A stretch of 64,000 nt of DNA from an uncultured euryarchaeote. Lineage in GTDB: Archaea; Thermoplasmatota; Poseidoniia; Poseidoniales; Poseidoniaceae. A program made the position numbers and the translations under genes. The notes under the pieces are model-generated. The model was not told where the DNA came from, did no database searches, and saw only the letters and a program-made list of their open reading frames with translations. The DNA lies in assembly GCA_937899865.1 (NCBI GenBank), contig CALBRH010000063.1, forward strand, positions 1,957 through 65,956. Direction: 5' to 3'. Positions within the stretch are counted from its first letter, which is position 1. Every line of letters starts with the position of its first letter. This document shows, piece after piece, positions 8,779 to 17,882 of this stretch.

Positions 8779-9492
8779 ATGAGCAATTCAATTAAAGAGG
8801 CTATTGATGCATTTTCCAATGGCTTGCCAGTTTGTCTTTTTGATTCTGAAAAAAGAGAGGGAGAGACTGACCTTCTATTCTCTGCTCAACACGTTACTCC
8901 GGCAAATATGAGGCAATTACGTCAAGATTGTGGAGGATTACTTTTCTTAGCGATCGGGCACGAAGTTGGCGAAAAGTTTGGTTTACCATTTTTGCAAGAC
9001 CTTCATACGCATGAAGTTTTAACAAGTCAATATGATGTATTGAAAGAATTAGTAACCAATGATTTACGCTATGATTCGCGTTCTGCATTTACCTTGTCTT
9101 TAAATCACAGAGGAACATATACAGGGATTACCGACAAAGACCGTTGCCTAACAACAAGGAGATTTGCAGAATTAACCAATGAGGTTTTTAGTAACAATAT
9201 AAGTCCTAAAGAGGCTAAAAGATTACTTGGACAAGAATTTAGAACACCCGGTCATATCCCAGTTTGCAGAGAAACCGAGGGTGGTTTGTCACGCCGGCAA
9301 GGGCATACTGAATTAGCAGTTGGCTTAGCAAGATTAGCTAATGTTTCACCAGTAGTAATTGGTGCAGAAATGCTTGAACCAGATGGCGATTTAGCACTCT
9401 CTGTTGATGAAGCTAAATTATGGGCGAAATCAAGAGATATTCCATTTCTTGAGGGTGCTGATATCATCGAAGCATTAAACATGAAAAACTAA
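8779..9492 (+). CDS. ribB: 3,4-dihydroxy-2-butanone-4-phosphate synthase
   Basis: REGETDL motif and the PGHIPV/RRQGHTELAV blocks, in a riboflavin operon context. Confidence 0.85.
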   Translation: MSNSIKEAIDAFSNGLPVCLFDSEKREGETDLLFSAQHVTPANMRQLRQDCGGLLFLAIGHEVGEKFGLPFLQDLHTHEVLTSQYDVLKELVTNDLRYDSRSAFTLSLNHRGTYTGITDKDRCLTTRRFAELTNEVFSNNISPKEAKRLLGQEFRTPGHIPVCRETEGGLSRRQGHTELAVGLARLANVSPVVIGAEMLEPDGDLALSVDEAKLWAKSRDIPFLEGADIIEALNMKN

Positions 9493-9542
9493 ACGATAGA
9501 ATCATCAATATCATTGAACAGCATTACTTTGGAGAGGATTTA

Positions 9543-9977
9543 ATGAGAGTTATGGCCGTTGGAGTTTTCGATTTACTTCATGCTGGTCATCTTCATTATC
9601 TTGAACAGGCTAAAGCACTTGGAAATCATCTTACTGTCGTTGTTGCACATGATGATACAGTTAGAATTAGAAAGCATGAGCCGGTAACTAATCATGACTT
9701 GAGAAGACGTATGGTAGAGGGATTAAAGCCTGTTGATGAAGCAATAGTTGGTAACTCACCAGATGTATCAATTTTTGAAATTTTACCAGTGGTTAATCCA
9801 GAGATTATCGCATTAGGTTATGACCAAGAGCATGCTGAAGATTCAATACGACAAAAGTTGAATGAATTAGGTTATGGGGCAATTAAAGTTACTAGGGTCG
9901 AGGGATTGAGTGATGATTTAGATGGCACTAGGAAAATAATTGCACGAATTCTTGATTTGTCAAGAAATAAAGACTGA
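9543..9977 (+). CDS. ribL: Archaeal FAD synthase (CTP-dependent nucleotidyltransferase)
   Basis: GVFDLLHAGHLHYL nucleotidyltransferase motif, 144 aa, with the VVVAHDDTV and LKPVDEAIVG blocks typical of RibL. Confidence 0.8.
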   Translation: MRVMAVGVFDLLHAGHLHYLEQAKALGNHLTVVVAHDDTVRIRKHEPVTNHDLRRRMVEGLKPVDEAIVGNSPDVSIFEILPVVNPEIIALGYDQEHAEDSIRQKLNELGYGAIKVTRVEGLSDDLDGTRKIIARILDLSRNKD

Positions 9978-9987
9978 GGGAAGTAAA

Positions 9988-10593
9988 ATGTTTACTGGAA
10001 TAGTCCAAGGTATTGGTGAGATAATTTCAGTATCTACGGAAAATACTGTAACTTCTTTCGAAATAAAATTACCAAATGTTGATGATTTAGCAATTGGCGC
10101 TAGTGTCTCGGTAAACGGCGTATGTCTTACAGTAGTAACAATAACTTCTGATATAATCAAATTTGATATTATCGATGAAACTATTCAAAGAACAAACTTA
10201 GGCGATTTATCTGTTGGCGATTATGTCAATATAGAGCGCTCACTAAAGTTCGGCGATGAAGTAGGGGGACATATCTTATCAGGGCATATTTTTGATACTG
10301 GAATAATCAAAAAGAAAACCACTTCAGGCGATCAAATGTCATTGAATATTTTAGCACCTCCTTCAATTCACAAATATCTTACTGAGAAGGGTTACATTGC
10401 TGTAGATGGTATTTCACTAACCGTTGGCAAGGTTGTTGATGGTTGCTTTGATTTGCATATTATTCCAGAAACTATGAGATTAACTATTCTCGATACGAAA
10501 GAAGTTGGTGATATTGTCAATATTGAAATTGATAGTAATACTCAATTGATAGTTGAAACCATAGAGCGTTTGTTAAAGGATAAGGTGGCATGA
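9988..10593 (+). CDS. ribE: Riboflavin synthase, eubacterial/eukaryotic-type alpha chain
   Basis: Canonical N-terminus MFTGIVQGIGEI and an internal pseudo-repeat (GASVSVNGVCLTV / IAVDGISLTV). The track ORF starts at 9940; I use the ATG at 9988. Confidence 0.85.
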   Translation: MFTGIVQGIGEIISVSTENTVTSFEIKLPNVDDLAIGASVSVNGVCLTVVTITSDIIKFDIIDETIQRTNLGDLSVGDYVNIERSLKFGDEVGGHILSGHIFDTGIIKKKTTSGDQMSLNILAPPSIHKYLTEKGYIAVDGISLTVGKVVDGCFDLHIIPETMRLTILDTKEVGDIVNIEIDSNTQLIVETIERLLKDKVA

Positions 10594-10594
10594 A

Positions 10595-10987
10595 ATGAAA
10601 ATAGTAGCAGTTTGTGGTTCATTTCACAAAAAAGAAATTGAATTGATGCTTAAATTCGCTAAAGAAGAAGCAATGGCTCATTCTATAGAAATTGCAGAAG
10701 TGATTTGGGTGCCGGGTTCAATGGAAGTTCCACTTGCTTTAAATCGTGCAATAGGAGATTTTGATGGAGCAATTTGCTTGGGAATTATCGAAAAGGGTGA
10801 AACCTTACATGGAGCATCAATGGGTAATGCGGTTTTGAAATCAATTGTAGATCTACAACTTTCACATAACAAACCAATAGGTTTGGGAATTATCGGCCCT
10901 GGTGCAGAGCCACAACATATCGAGCCTCGTTTAGAGCCCCATGCCAGAGCCGCAGTCAATGCAGTTGTGGTCATGAATAATCAGTAG
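10595..10987 (+). CDS. ribH: 6,7-dimethyl-8-ribityllumazine synthase
   Basis: VPGSMEVPLA and DGAICLGIIEKGETLHG blocks, 130 aa, in an operon with ribE. Confidence 0.8.
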   Translation: MKIVAVCGSFHKKEIELMLKFAKEEAMAHSIEIAEVIWVPGSMEVPLALNRAIGDFDGAICLGIIEKGETLHGASMGNAVLKSIVDLQLSHNKPIGLGIIGPGAEPQHIEPRLEPHARAAVNAVVVMNNQ

Positions 10988-11076
10988 AGATATTTACTAA
11001 TTAGTCGAATCAATATCATTTATTGATGTAAAGATTCAATAGGTGAGTGTACCCTCTCAAATTTGCAGGCGATTAG

Positions 11077-12006
11077 ATGAGTAGTGTTAGGGATGTAGTG
11101 ATAATTGGTTCTGGGCCTGCAGGCTATACTGCTGGATTGTATACTGCTAGGGCTATGCTCAATCCATTGATGTTTGCAGGATACATGTCTGGCGGTCAAT
11201 TGATGTTAACATCAGATATCGAAAACTTCCCTGGTTACCCCCAAGGTATTGGTGGGCCAGAAATGATGATGCAGTTGCGTGAACAGGCTGAAAGATTTGG
11301 TCTAGAAGTACAAGATAGAAATGTCGAATCTGTTGATTTATCTCAACGACCCTACAAAGTGGTAGTTGAAGGTGAAGAATTTCTTACTAATGCCATAATT
11401 ATCTCCACTGGTGCCGAATCTATCTGGTTAAATGCACCGGGTGAAGCAGAACAAAAAGGTCGTGGAATCTCAACATGTGCTACCTGTGATGGTGCATTCT
11501 TTAGAGATGAAGAAGTACTGGTAATTGGTGGTGGAGATTCAGCTTGTGAAGAAGCAACATTTTTGACTCGATTTGCCTCAAAAGTAACTCTTGTTCATCG
11601 AAGAGATGTCTTTAGAGCTAGTACAATAATGTACGAGCGTGCTGCAAATAATGACAAGATTGAGATTAAAACTTTCAGACAAGTCAAAGAGTGGTTATCT
11701 GATGAAAACGGACTTACTGGAGCAGTACTTGAGGATCCAAGAGATGGTTCGATTGAAGAAATTGCTGCTAGTGGAGCGTTTATTGCGATTGGACACAAAC
11801 CAATCACTGGGTTCTTAGGTGGTCAAGTTGAGACTGATGATAATGGCTATATTATTCACAAACAACACACTATGACTTCTGTAGAAGGTGTATTTGCGGC
11901 TGGAGATGTAGTCGATACAAGGTACAAGCAAGCAATTACTGCTGCTGGAATGGGTTGTCAAGCGGCAATGGATGCTGAAAAATGGCTGGAAGAAAACCTC
12001 CATTGA
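11077..12006 (+). CDS. trxB: Thioredoxin reductase
   Basis: FAD motif GSGPAGYTA, redox-active CATCDG and the second Rossmann motif GGGDSACEEA. Confidence 0.9.
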   Translation: MSSVRDVVIIGSGPAGYTAGLYTARAMLNPLMFAGYMSGGQLMLTSDIENFPGYPQGIGGPEMMMQLREQAERFGLEVQDRNVESVDLSQRPYKVVVEGEEFLTNAIIISTGAESIWLNAPGEAEQKGRGISTCATCDGAFFRDEEVLVIGGGDSACEEATFLTRFASKVTLVHRRDVFRASTIMYERAANNDKIEIKTFRQVKEWLSDENGLTGAVLEDPRDGSIEEIAASGAFIAIGHKPITGFLGGQVETDDNGYIIHKQHTMTSVEGVFAAGDVVDTRYKQAITAAGMGCQAAMDAEKWLEENLH

Positions 12007-12041
12007 ACAACCTCTTAATTCATCAATTAGCATACTCTCGC

Positions 12042-13199
12042 ATGTTCATGGTCGACATCAATAGGTATGCAAGGCATATCTCGCTTCCTGATGTTGGCAT
12101 AGAGGGTCAGAAATTAATCACCCAATCAAAAGTACTCGTAGTTGGAGCCGGTGGATTAGGTAGCCCGGTACTGCTATACTTGGCTGCTGCAGGAATTGGC
12201 GAGATTGGAATTATTGATGATGACGTAGTTGATTTATCAAATTTGCAAAGACAGGTAATTCACAATGAATCGCATATTGGCATAGCAAAAGTCGAATCAG
12301 CTAAAGAGCGAATATTATCGGTAAATTCAGCAGTAAAGGTAACAATATGGAATGAGCGGTTATCGCCAGATAATGCTCAAAAAATATTTTCAGGTTGGGA
12401 CTTAATTATCGATGGAACTGATAATATTCCAACTAGATATTTAGTTGATGATATTTGCAAAATTCTTGGTATTCCTTGGGTATATGGTTCAATCTATCGA
12501 TTTGAAGGCCAAGTTAGTGTATTCAATTATAATGAAGGGCCCTGTTATAGAGATTTATTTCCTGAACCTCCACCAAGCAAAATGATTCCATCTTGTGCTG
12601 AGGGAGGTGTATTTGGTGTTCTTCCGGGGGTAATCGGATCATTACAAGCAACAGAAGCAATCAAAATTATACTTAATAGAGGTGAATCCCTGTCTGGTAA
12701 ATTATTGCTTTATGATGCTGAAGCCATGTCATTTAGAACGCTTAATTACTCAAAAAATGACAGTACTGAAACTAATTTGAGCGAGGTAAGGAAAATGTTT
12801 GAAGATAATGGGTGGTGCCAATCTTCAAACTTAAGTGATGGTGAAATTGAAGAACCGGCAACCGCTGGTAAGGTTATGTTCAACAATCTATCAGTTGCGC
12901 AGTATGAAGAGAAAAAATCGAATGGTTGGATGCCTTTTTTGATAGATGTTAGGTCTGATGGAGAATATGATCAAATGAGGGTATCGTTTACTGATTTACA
13001 AGTCCCTCACGAAGATATTCTAAGTAAGGTTGAGCAAATACCAAAAGATCGTGATATCATTTTGCTGTGCAGAAGCGGTATGCGTTCACAGATGGCTGCT
13101 ATGTTCTTAATGGATGCAGGATATGATGGACATAAATTGTACAATTTAGATGGTGGAATAATGGCATGGAGTAGTCATATTCCCGCAGATATTGAATGA
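12042..13199 (+). CDS. ThiF/MoeB/UbaA-family E1-like adenylyltransferase with a C-terminal rhodanese domain
   Basis: RYARHISL...VVGAGGLGSP...DLSNLQRQ E1 motifs and the rhodanese active-site loop LLCRSGMRS. The track start at 11982 overlaps trxB; I prefer the ATG at 12042. Confidence 0.8.
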   Translation: MFMVDINRYARHISLPDVGIEGQKLITQSKVLVVGAGGLGSPVLLYLAAAGIGEIGIIDDDVVDLSNLQRQVIHNESHIGIAKVESAKERILSVNSAVKVTIWNERLSPDNAQKIFSGWDLIIDGTDNIPTRYLVDDICKILGIPWVYGSIYRFEGQVSVFNYNEGPCYRDLFPEPPPSKMIPSCAEGGVFGVLPGVIGSLQATEAIKIILNRGESLSGKLLLYDAEAMSFRTLNYSKNDSTETNLSEVRKMFEDNGWCQSSNLSDGEIEEPATAGKVMFNNLSVAQYEEKKSNGWMPFLIDVRSDGEYDQMRVSFTDLQVPHEDILSKVEQIPKDRDIILLCRSGMRSQMAAMFLMDAGYDGHKLYNLDGGIMAWSSHIPADIE

Positions 13200-13207
13200 T
13201 TGGCAAA

Positions 13208-13224
13208 TTTTGTTTGGTTTTTTT
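13208..13224 (+). terminator. Candidate archaeal oligo-T terminator after the MoeB-like gene
   Basis: tttgtttggttttttt includes a T7 run at 13218-13224, directly downstream of the stop at 13199. Confidence 0.35.
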
Positions 13225-13331
13225 AATTCTCGGTAAACTAACCGTTAGGTAGTTTTCCGCATCTTTGGACAATTTACAGGATGAGGTTCAAATGTTGGAG
13301 TTAGTTTTCATCATATACGGGGGGGATAATT

Positions 13332-14429
13332 TTGGCCAAAGTAATCGTTGCAGATGAAAATGAAGGCAGAAGGACTCTTCTTGCAAATACTCTCGAACGA
13401 GAGGGTTTTGATATTACTAGAGCAGGTACTCTAAGGCAAGCTGAAGGCACTGCATTAGTTACAATGCCAGAAATTGTTTTGATGGAAGGGGAATGGAAAA
13501 ATGGCGATGCTATAGACGCTGCGCAAAGATTGATGGGCGACCCTGAATTTGCATTCAAGTGTAGAATTGTTGTTTTGTCAAGAAATTCAAGTCAAGAATA
13601 TTTGATTTCTGCAGCAAAGGCTGGCATCTCAGAAGTGATTGCCAAACCTATAGACATGAAAGTTCTAATTGAACAGTTGAATAAGCATGCGAGAAAGCAG
13701 TTTGTTCCTCCTCCTGCTGATGTTGAAGGGCCAAATTCTAGTGGCGGAAGTTTCGATGTATCGATGCTGATGGGTGATTCAACATGGGCACTTCCTATGC
13801 TGAAAGGTTTGGTAGGTCCAGAAAAAATCAATCCAAGTTTTATCGATGAGATCCTTGTTCAAATGGATGAAGAAGGAATAGAAGTTCAAGATATGTTCGA
13901 CCCTTCAACAATGGCAGCAATGTTGAGGATTGCATTGAATAATTTAGTTCAAGATGTAGACCCTGAGCAACTAAAAACCGGTCAAGAAAGTAGTGGAGAA
14001 GGCGAAGATGGGAAATCTAATACTTCATATGATCAAATGGCTAAAGGCGAGAAATTAGGTTCTGGAAAAGCTAGGTCGAGCAAATTGAAAGGCGGGATGA
14101 CTACAATGGAAGATATTCTCGAGCAACAGGCTTCATCAATTCAAGATGAAGTTGAATCTGTGATGGATGAGGTTTTGGATGAAAAGCCTGATTTGATTGC
14201 TTTGGTACCAGATGAAGTCTTGTTTGGAGTAGATCCTGAGGTTCTAAAATTAACCAGATTGACCAATGAACTAGTCTATGAGTTGATGTGGAGTTTGGGT
14301 CGCCCAGGAGCTGTTGAAGATATTACTTTAATCACTCAAATTGAAGATGTCACACAGATGATAGGTGATGTATTATCCTCATTCCCGACTGTCAAAACTA
14401 TTGATGGAATCGATGAAGAGGAGGAGTAA
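13332..14429 (+). CDS. Receiver-like (CheY-fold) protein with Glu at the phospho-acceptor position and an acidic C-terminal domain of unknown function
   Basis: KVIVADENEG...IVLMEGEW...VVLSRN...AKP follows the receiver layout, but the acceptor Asp is Glu52 (nt 13485-13487). TTG start. Confidence 0.6.
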   Translation: MAKVIVADENEGRRTLLANTLEREGFDITRAGTLRQAEGTALVTMPEIVLMEGEWKNGDAIDAAQRLMGDPEFAFKCRIVVLSRNSSQEYLISAAKAGISEVIAKPIDMKVLIEQLNKHARKQFVPPPADVEGPNSSGGSFDVSMLMGDSTWALPMLKGLVGPEKINPSFIDEILVQMDEEGIEVQDMFDPSTMAAMLRIALNNLVQDVDPEQLKTGQESSGEGEDGKSNTSYDQMAKGEKLGSGKARSSKLKGGMTTMEDILEQQASSIQDEVESVMDEVLDEKPDLIALVPDEVLFGVDPEVLKLTRLTNELVYELMWSLGRPGAVEDITLITQIEDVTQMIGDVLSSFPTVKTIDGIDEEEE

Positions 14430-14431
14430 AA

Positions 14432-15157
14432 TTGTCCGCTCAACCAAAAATCACAATTAAACAAGAGAAAGTTAGTCGTACGAGACTTTATTTTTCGTTA
14501 GGGGTTATTTCCATATGGTTGGTTGTGGGTTTTTTCTTTTTCCAAGACGTTGGGGGGTTTATCGAATGGTTTGATGAACTCGGACCATTATCATCTGTAG
14601 TATATTGTCTAGTGGTATCTTTAGCTATAGTGTTAGTTCTTCCTACACCTATACTAAAAGTTGGAGCAGGTGCTTTATTTCCATATTGGTTAGCTGTAAT
14701 GGTCAATTTCATTGCTTCTTTGATTGGCGGTTTGATTGCATTTTTACTTGGCAGATGGCTGTTTCGAGATTATATCTCACAAATAGTGGCTAGTGATGAG
14801 AGATTGGTAAAATTGGAATCAGCTATCAATGAGGAGGCTATGCAAATTTCTGTATTGGTCAGACTTTCACCCCTGTTGCCCGACGAGTTGTTGAATTATG
14901 TAATGTCAAGTAGTCCAATTTCTATTAGAGTATTCTGTTTGTCGAACCTTTCCAGTATTGTATATTCTCTTGCTTATGCTTATTTTGGATTGGCAGCAGG
15001 TAAATTGGTATTTAGTGGTGAAGGAATGGATGGTTTTGCAGAATCTCCAGTGGGCACGACTCTTTTGATTATTGGCGTAATAGCATCAATTTTAGTCACG
15101 ATGGTGATTGCTAGAATGACCAAGAATGCGGTAAATAACAGAGTTGAGTCTGTTTAA
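14432..15157 (+). CDS. TVP38/TMEM64 (DedA-related, SNARE-associated) family membrane protein
   Basis: Multi-TM protein with the LIGGLIAFLLGRWLFRDYI and RLSPLLPDELLNY blocks typical of the family. TTG start, 2 nt after the upstream stop. Confidence 0.65.
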   Translation: MSAQPKITIKQEKVSRTRLYFSLGVISIWLVVGFFFFQDVGGFIEWFDELGPLSSVVYCLVVSLAIVLVLPTPILKVGAGALFPYWLAVMVNFIASLIGGLIAFLLGRWLFRDYISQIVASDERLVKLESAINEEAMQISVLVRLSPLLPDELLNYVMSSSPISIRVFCLSNLSSIVYSLAYAYFGLAAGKLVFSGEGMDGFAESPVGTTLLIIGVIASILVTMVIARMTKNAVNNRVESV

Positions 15158-15176
15158 TCTACATCGTTCAATTTGT

Positions 15177-17798
15177 ATGGGTGTTTCCTGTGGCCAAACC
15201 ATGGCGCAGGGCGATTTACCGGAAATATTGGGTTCAAATTGGTCGCCTAAGGCCAAATTAGAATTCACTCAACCATTACTGGTCGATGCAGCAAAAAGAG
15301 AGGTTTTGTTATTTGTTGCTCAACAACATGACGGGAAAATTCCAATTGTTTCAGATATATGGGATCATGTTGTTGGTTCAGAAATAAAACAATTTGAAGG
15401 GCCCTCTTGGGATAAATTTTGTCAGCGATTTATCATCTCATTAGAAAACGCTTTAGTCGCACAAGTCGAAGCAAAAATGTCTAATGAAAAAGATGCTGAA
15501 GTTATTCCTCGAAGAAGTCTTGAATCATTTCTTGAAAGAAGAAATACTCATTTCATAATTGATATGAAATTGATGCTTAGAAGACTTGCTCACTATATGT
15601 CGGTTACTATTGAACAGAGACTTGAATGGCAGCGAAACATGACTCGTACAAGATATATGGATGAGGTGCTGAAAGAGATTTTTACCGAAGGAATTGCGAC
15701 GCCAGATGGAAGTAAATTTGGTGGTAAAGGATTCAGATCGACGTGGCAAGAGGGTGTAGTGGCAGTAGCCACCGCACTCAAAACAAATCCAAATTCGAAG
15801 CATGATTCAAAACCAGGAGCAGGTTATGATGGCGATTTAGTAGCGCCAATGATTCGTGATGTAGGGCTTTCTCTTGCAATGGGGGATACTCCGCTTGGAG
15901 TAATGGCGGCAAATTTAGGCAAAGTAGGTTCAAATCAAAATGGAGGTTGGGATGATGCTGGAGGTAGAGATTTACACATTGGCGCTTGGCACGTAGGGGT
16001 GCTTCCTCCAACTGCACCTTTACCTATTGCCAGTGCAACGATGACCGGATTAGCCTTTGGTGCTTGGCAGAAGAAAATAGATAGATTTCATGTTGCATGT
16101 ATTGGAGAGGGTGCTTCATCATCTGGTGAGTTCTGGGAAGCGCTAAATCTTGCAGGAACTAGAGGTCTTCCAATTACTTACATCTTACAAAACAATCAAA
16201 TTGCTTTGGATACTGCTACTATAAATCAATCCGGAGTTGAGATTTGGGCAGATAAAGCAAAAGCGATGGGATTCCCAAGTTGGACAATTGATGGCTCAGA
16301 CCCAGCATCATGGTATGCAAGTGTTGCATGTGCTAGAGAGTTTGCACTAGAAGGTGGCGGTCCCACATTAATTCATGTTGAAACCATGAGAGGTTGTGGA
16401 CATGCTCATCATCATGATGACCTTTATCTCGGTAATGAATCGGGTACGCCTCCCGGTTATGTCGACAGAAGTTTATTGGATTACTGGGCAGCTAAAGACC
16501 CAATTTCAACTCACAGGGAACTAATGCTGGACTTAGGAATTGATACTGAACTTATTGAATCAATTGAGGAAGAAGAGAGATTATTGGTTGATAATGACAG
16601 AGAAAAATTACTTGAAATGGAATGGCCAGATCCTAAAACTGTAACCAAGGGAGTAACCAGCATTACCGATGCAGAAACACATCAAGATCATCTTTCTCGT
16701 TTACAAAATGGCACCACAGATTTCTCAACAGCACCTCTCGATGTAGGTGAATCAACATTAGAATACGCCACAAAGGGTGGATGGACCTATGCTAGAGCAA
16801 TTCAACAAGCCATGGTAGATATTGCAAATCGATATGGAGATGATTGTGTGTTCATAGGTGAAGATATGGAGGTTGCAGGAGCATTTGGAATGAATATTGC
16901 ACTAAAAAATGCGGGTCATGACAATAAATTGGTTGATATGCCTTTATGTGAAGCAGTTATTGTTCATACTGGAACTGGTGCTGCGCTATCTGGTATGAGG
17001 CCGATGGTAGAGATTCAGTTTGGTGGATTCGCGGCTCTTGGATTTAATGCTCTAATCAATAATGCAGCTATGCTTAGGTGGCGTTGGGGTGCAGATTGTC
17101 CAATGACGATTAGAATTCCATTAGGTGCTAAAACTCGCTCTGGACCGTTCCATGCCAATATGATTGAATCTTGGTTTGCCAATGACCCGGGAATTATTTT
17201 ATTAGCACCAGGTACTCCACAAGATGCCTATGATTTGCTTGTAGAAGCTGCGGAAATTAAAGATCCAGTAATAATGTTGGAGCATATTGGTTTGTATGGC
17301 CTAAGAGGCGGTTTGACCGGATGGGGGCAGAATATTAACCAAAAGGTAGACACCAAGAAGGTAAATGATGCGATATCAAAGAATCAGAATTACAAAATTG
17401 GTAAAGCAGAAGTTGTTCGAGGTGGAAGAGATGTCACTCTTGTTACATGGGGTGCAATGTTACATCTCGCCAAACAAGCAGCCGACATTTTGTCTAGTGA
17501 AGGAATTGAAGTAGAGATAATTGATTTGCGGACAATTATTCCCTTTGATGCACAAACATGTGTTGACTCAGTAATGCGTACTGGTCGATTAGTAATCTTG
17601 CAAGAAGGCCAATGGAGCGGCGGTCTTGGCCACACGATACAAAGTCGCATATTGGAGTCATGCTTCTACGCGCTTGAATCAGCACCTTGCGTAATTGGCG
17701 CTCTTGATACACCAGTGCCGTTTTCACCTCCTCTTGAAAATCACACTATTCCATCACTCGAACATATCTTAGATATTCTTAGGACATCCTGTAATTAA
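15177..17798 (+). CDS. Fused 2-oxoacid dehydrogenase E1 component (alpha plus beta in one chain) with an N-terminal extension of about 190 aa
   Basis: ThDP-binding alpha region CIGEGASSSGEFWEALNLAG...LQNNQIA and beta region FIGEDMEVAGAFGMN...EAVIVHTGTGAA...PGTPQDAYDLL. The start is uncertain (track 15144 TTG; ATGs at 15177 and 15201). Confidence 0.8.
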   Translation: MGVSCGQTMAQGDLPEILGSNWSPKAKLEFTQPLLVDAAKREVLLFVAQQHDGKIPIVSDIWDHVVGSEIKQFEGPSWDKFCQRFIISLENALVAQVEAKMSNEKDAEVIPRRSLESFLERRNTHFIIDMKLMLRRLAHYMSVTIEQRLEWQRNMTRTRYMDEVLKEIFTEGIATPDGSKFGGKGFRSTWQEGVVAVATALKTNPNSKHDSKPGAGYDGDLVAPMIRDVGLSLAMGDTPLGVMAANLGKVGSNQNGGWDDAGGRDLHIGAWHVGVLPPTAPLPIASATMTGLAFGAWQKKIDRFHVACIGEGASSSGEFWEALNLAGTRGLPITYILQNNQIALDTATINQSGVEIWADKAKAMGFPSWTIDGSDPASWYASVACAREFALEGGGPTLIHVETMRGCGHAHHHDDLYLGNESGTPPGYVDRSLLDYWAAKDPISTHRELMLDLGIDTELIESIEEEERLLVDNDREKLLEMEWPDPKTVTKGVTSITDAETHQDHLSRLQNGTTDFSTAPLDVGESTLEYATKGGWTYARAIQQAMVDIANRYGDDCVFIGEDMEVAGAFGMNIALKNAGHDNKLVDMPLCEAVIVHTGTGAALSGMRPMVEIQFGGFAALGFNALINNAAMLRWRWGADCPMTIRIPLGAKTRSGPFHANMIESWFANDPGIILLAPGTPQDAYDLLVEAAEIKDPVIMLEHIGLYGLRGGLTGWGQNINQKVDTKKVNDAISKNQNYKIGKAEVVRGGRDVTLVTWGAMLHLAKQAADILSSEGIEVEIIDLRTIIPFDAQTCVDSVMRTGRLVILQEGQWSGGLGHTIQSRILESCFYALESAPCVIGALDTPVPFSPPLENHTIPSLEHILDILRTSCN

Positions 17799-17882
17799 AG
17801 GCGTTCTACTTTATAAATCAGCAATTTATTGGCTTTAAAGTAATACAGTTTCGTTCATTTACCAGTGTCTCATGGCACAATC

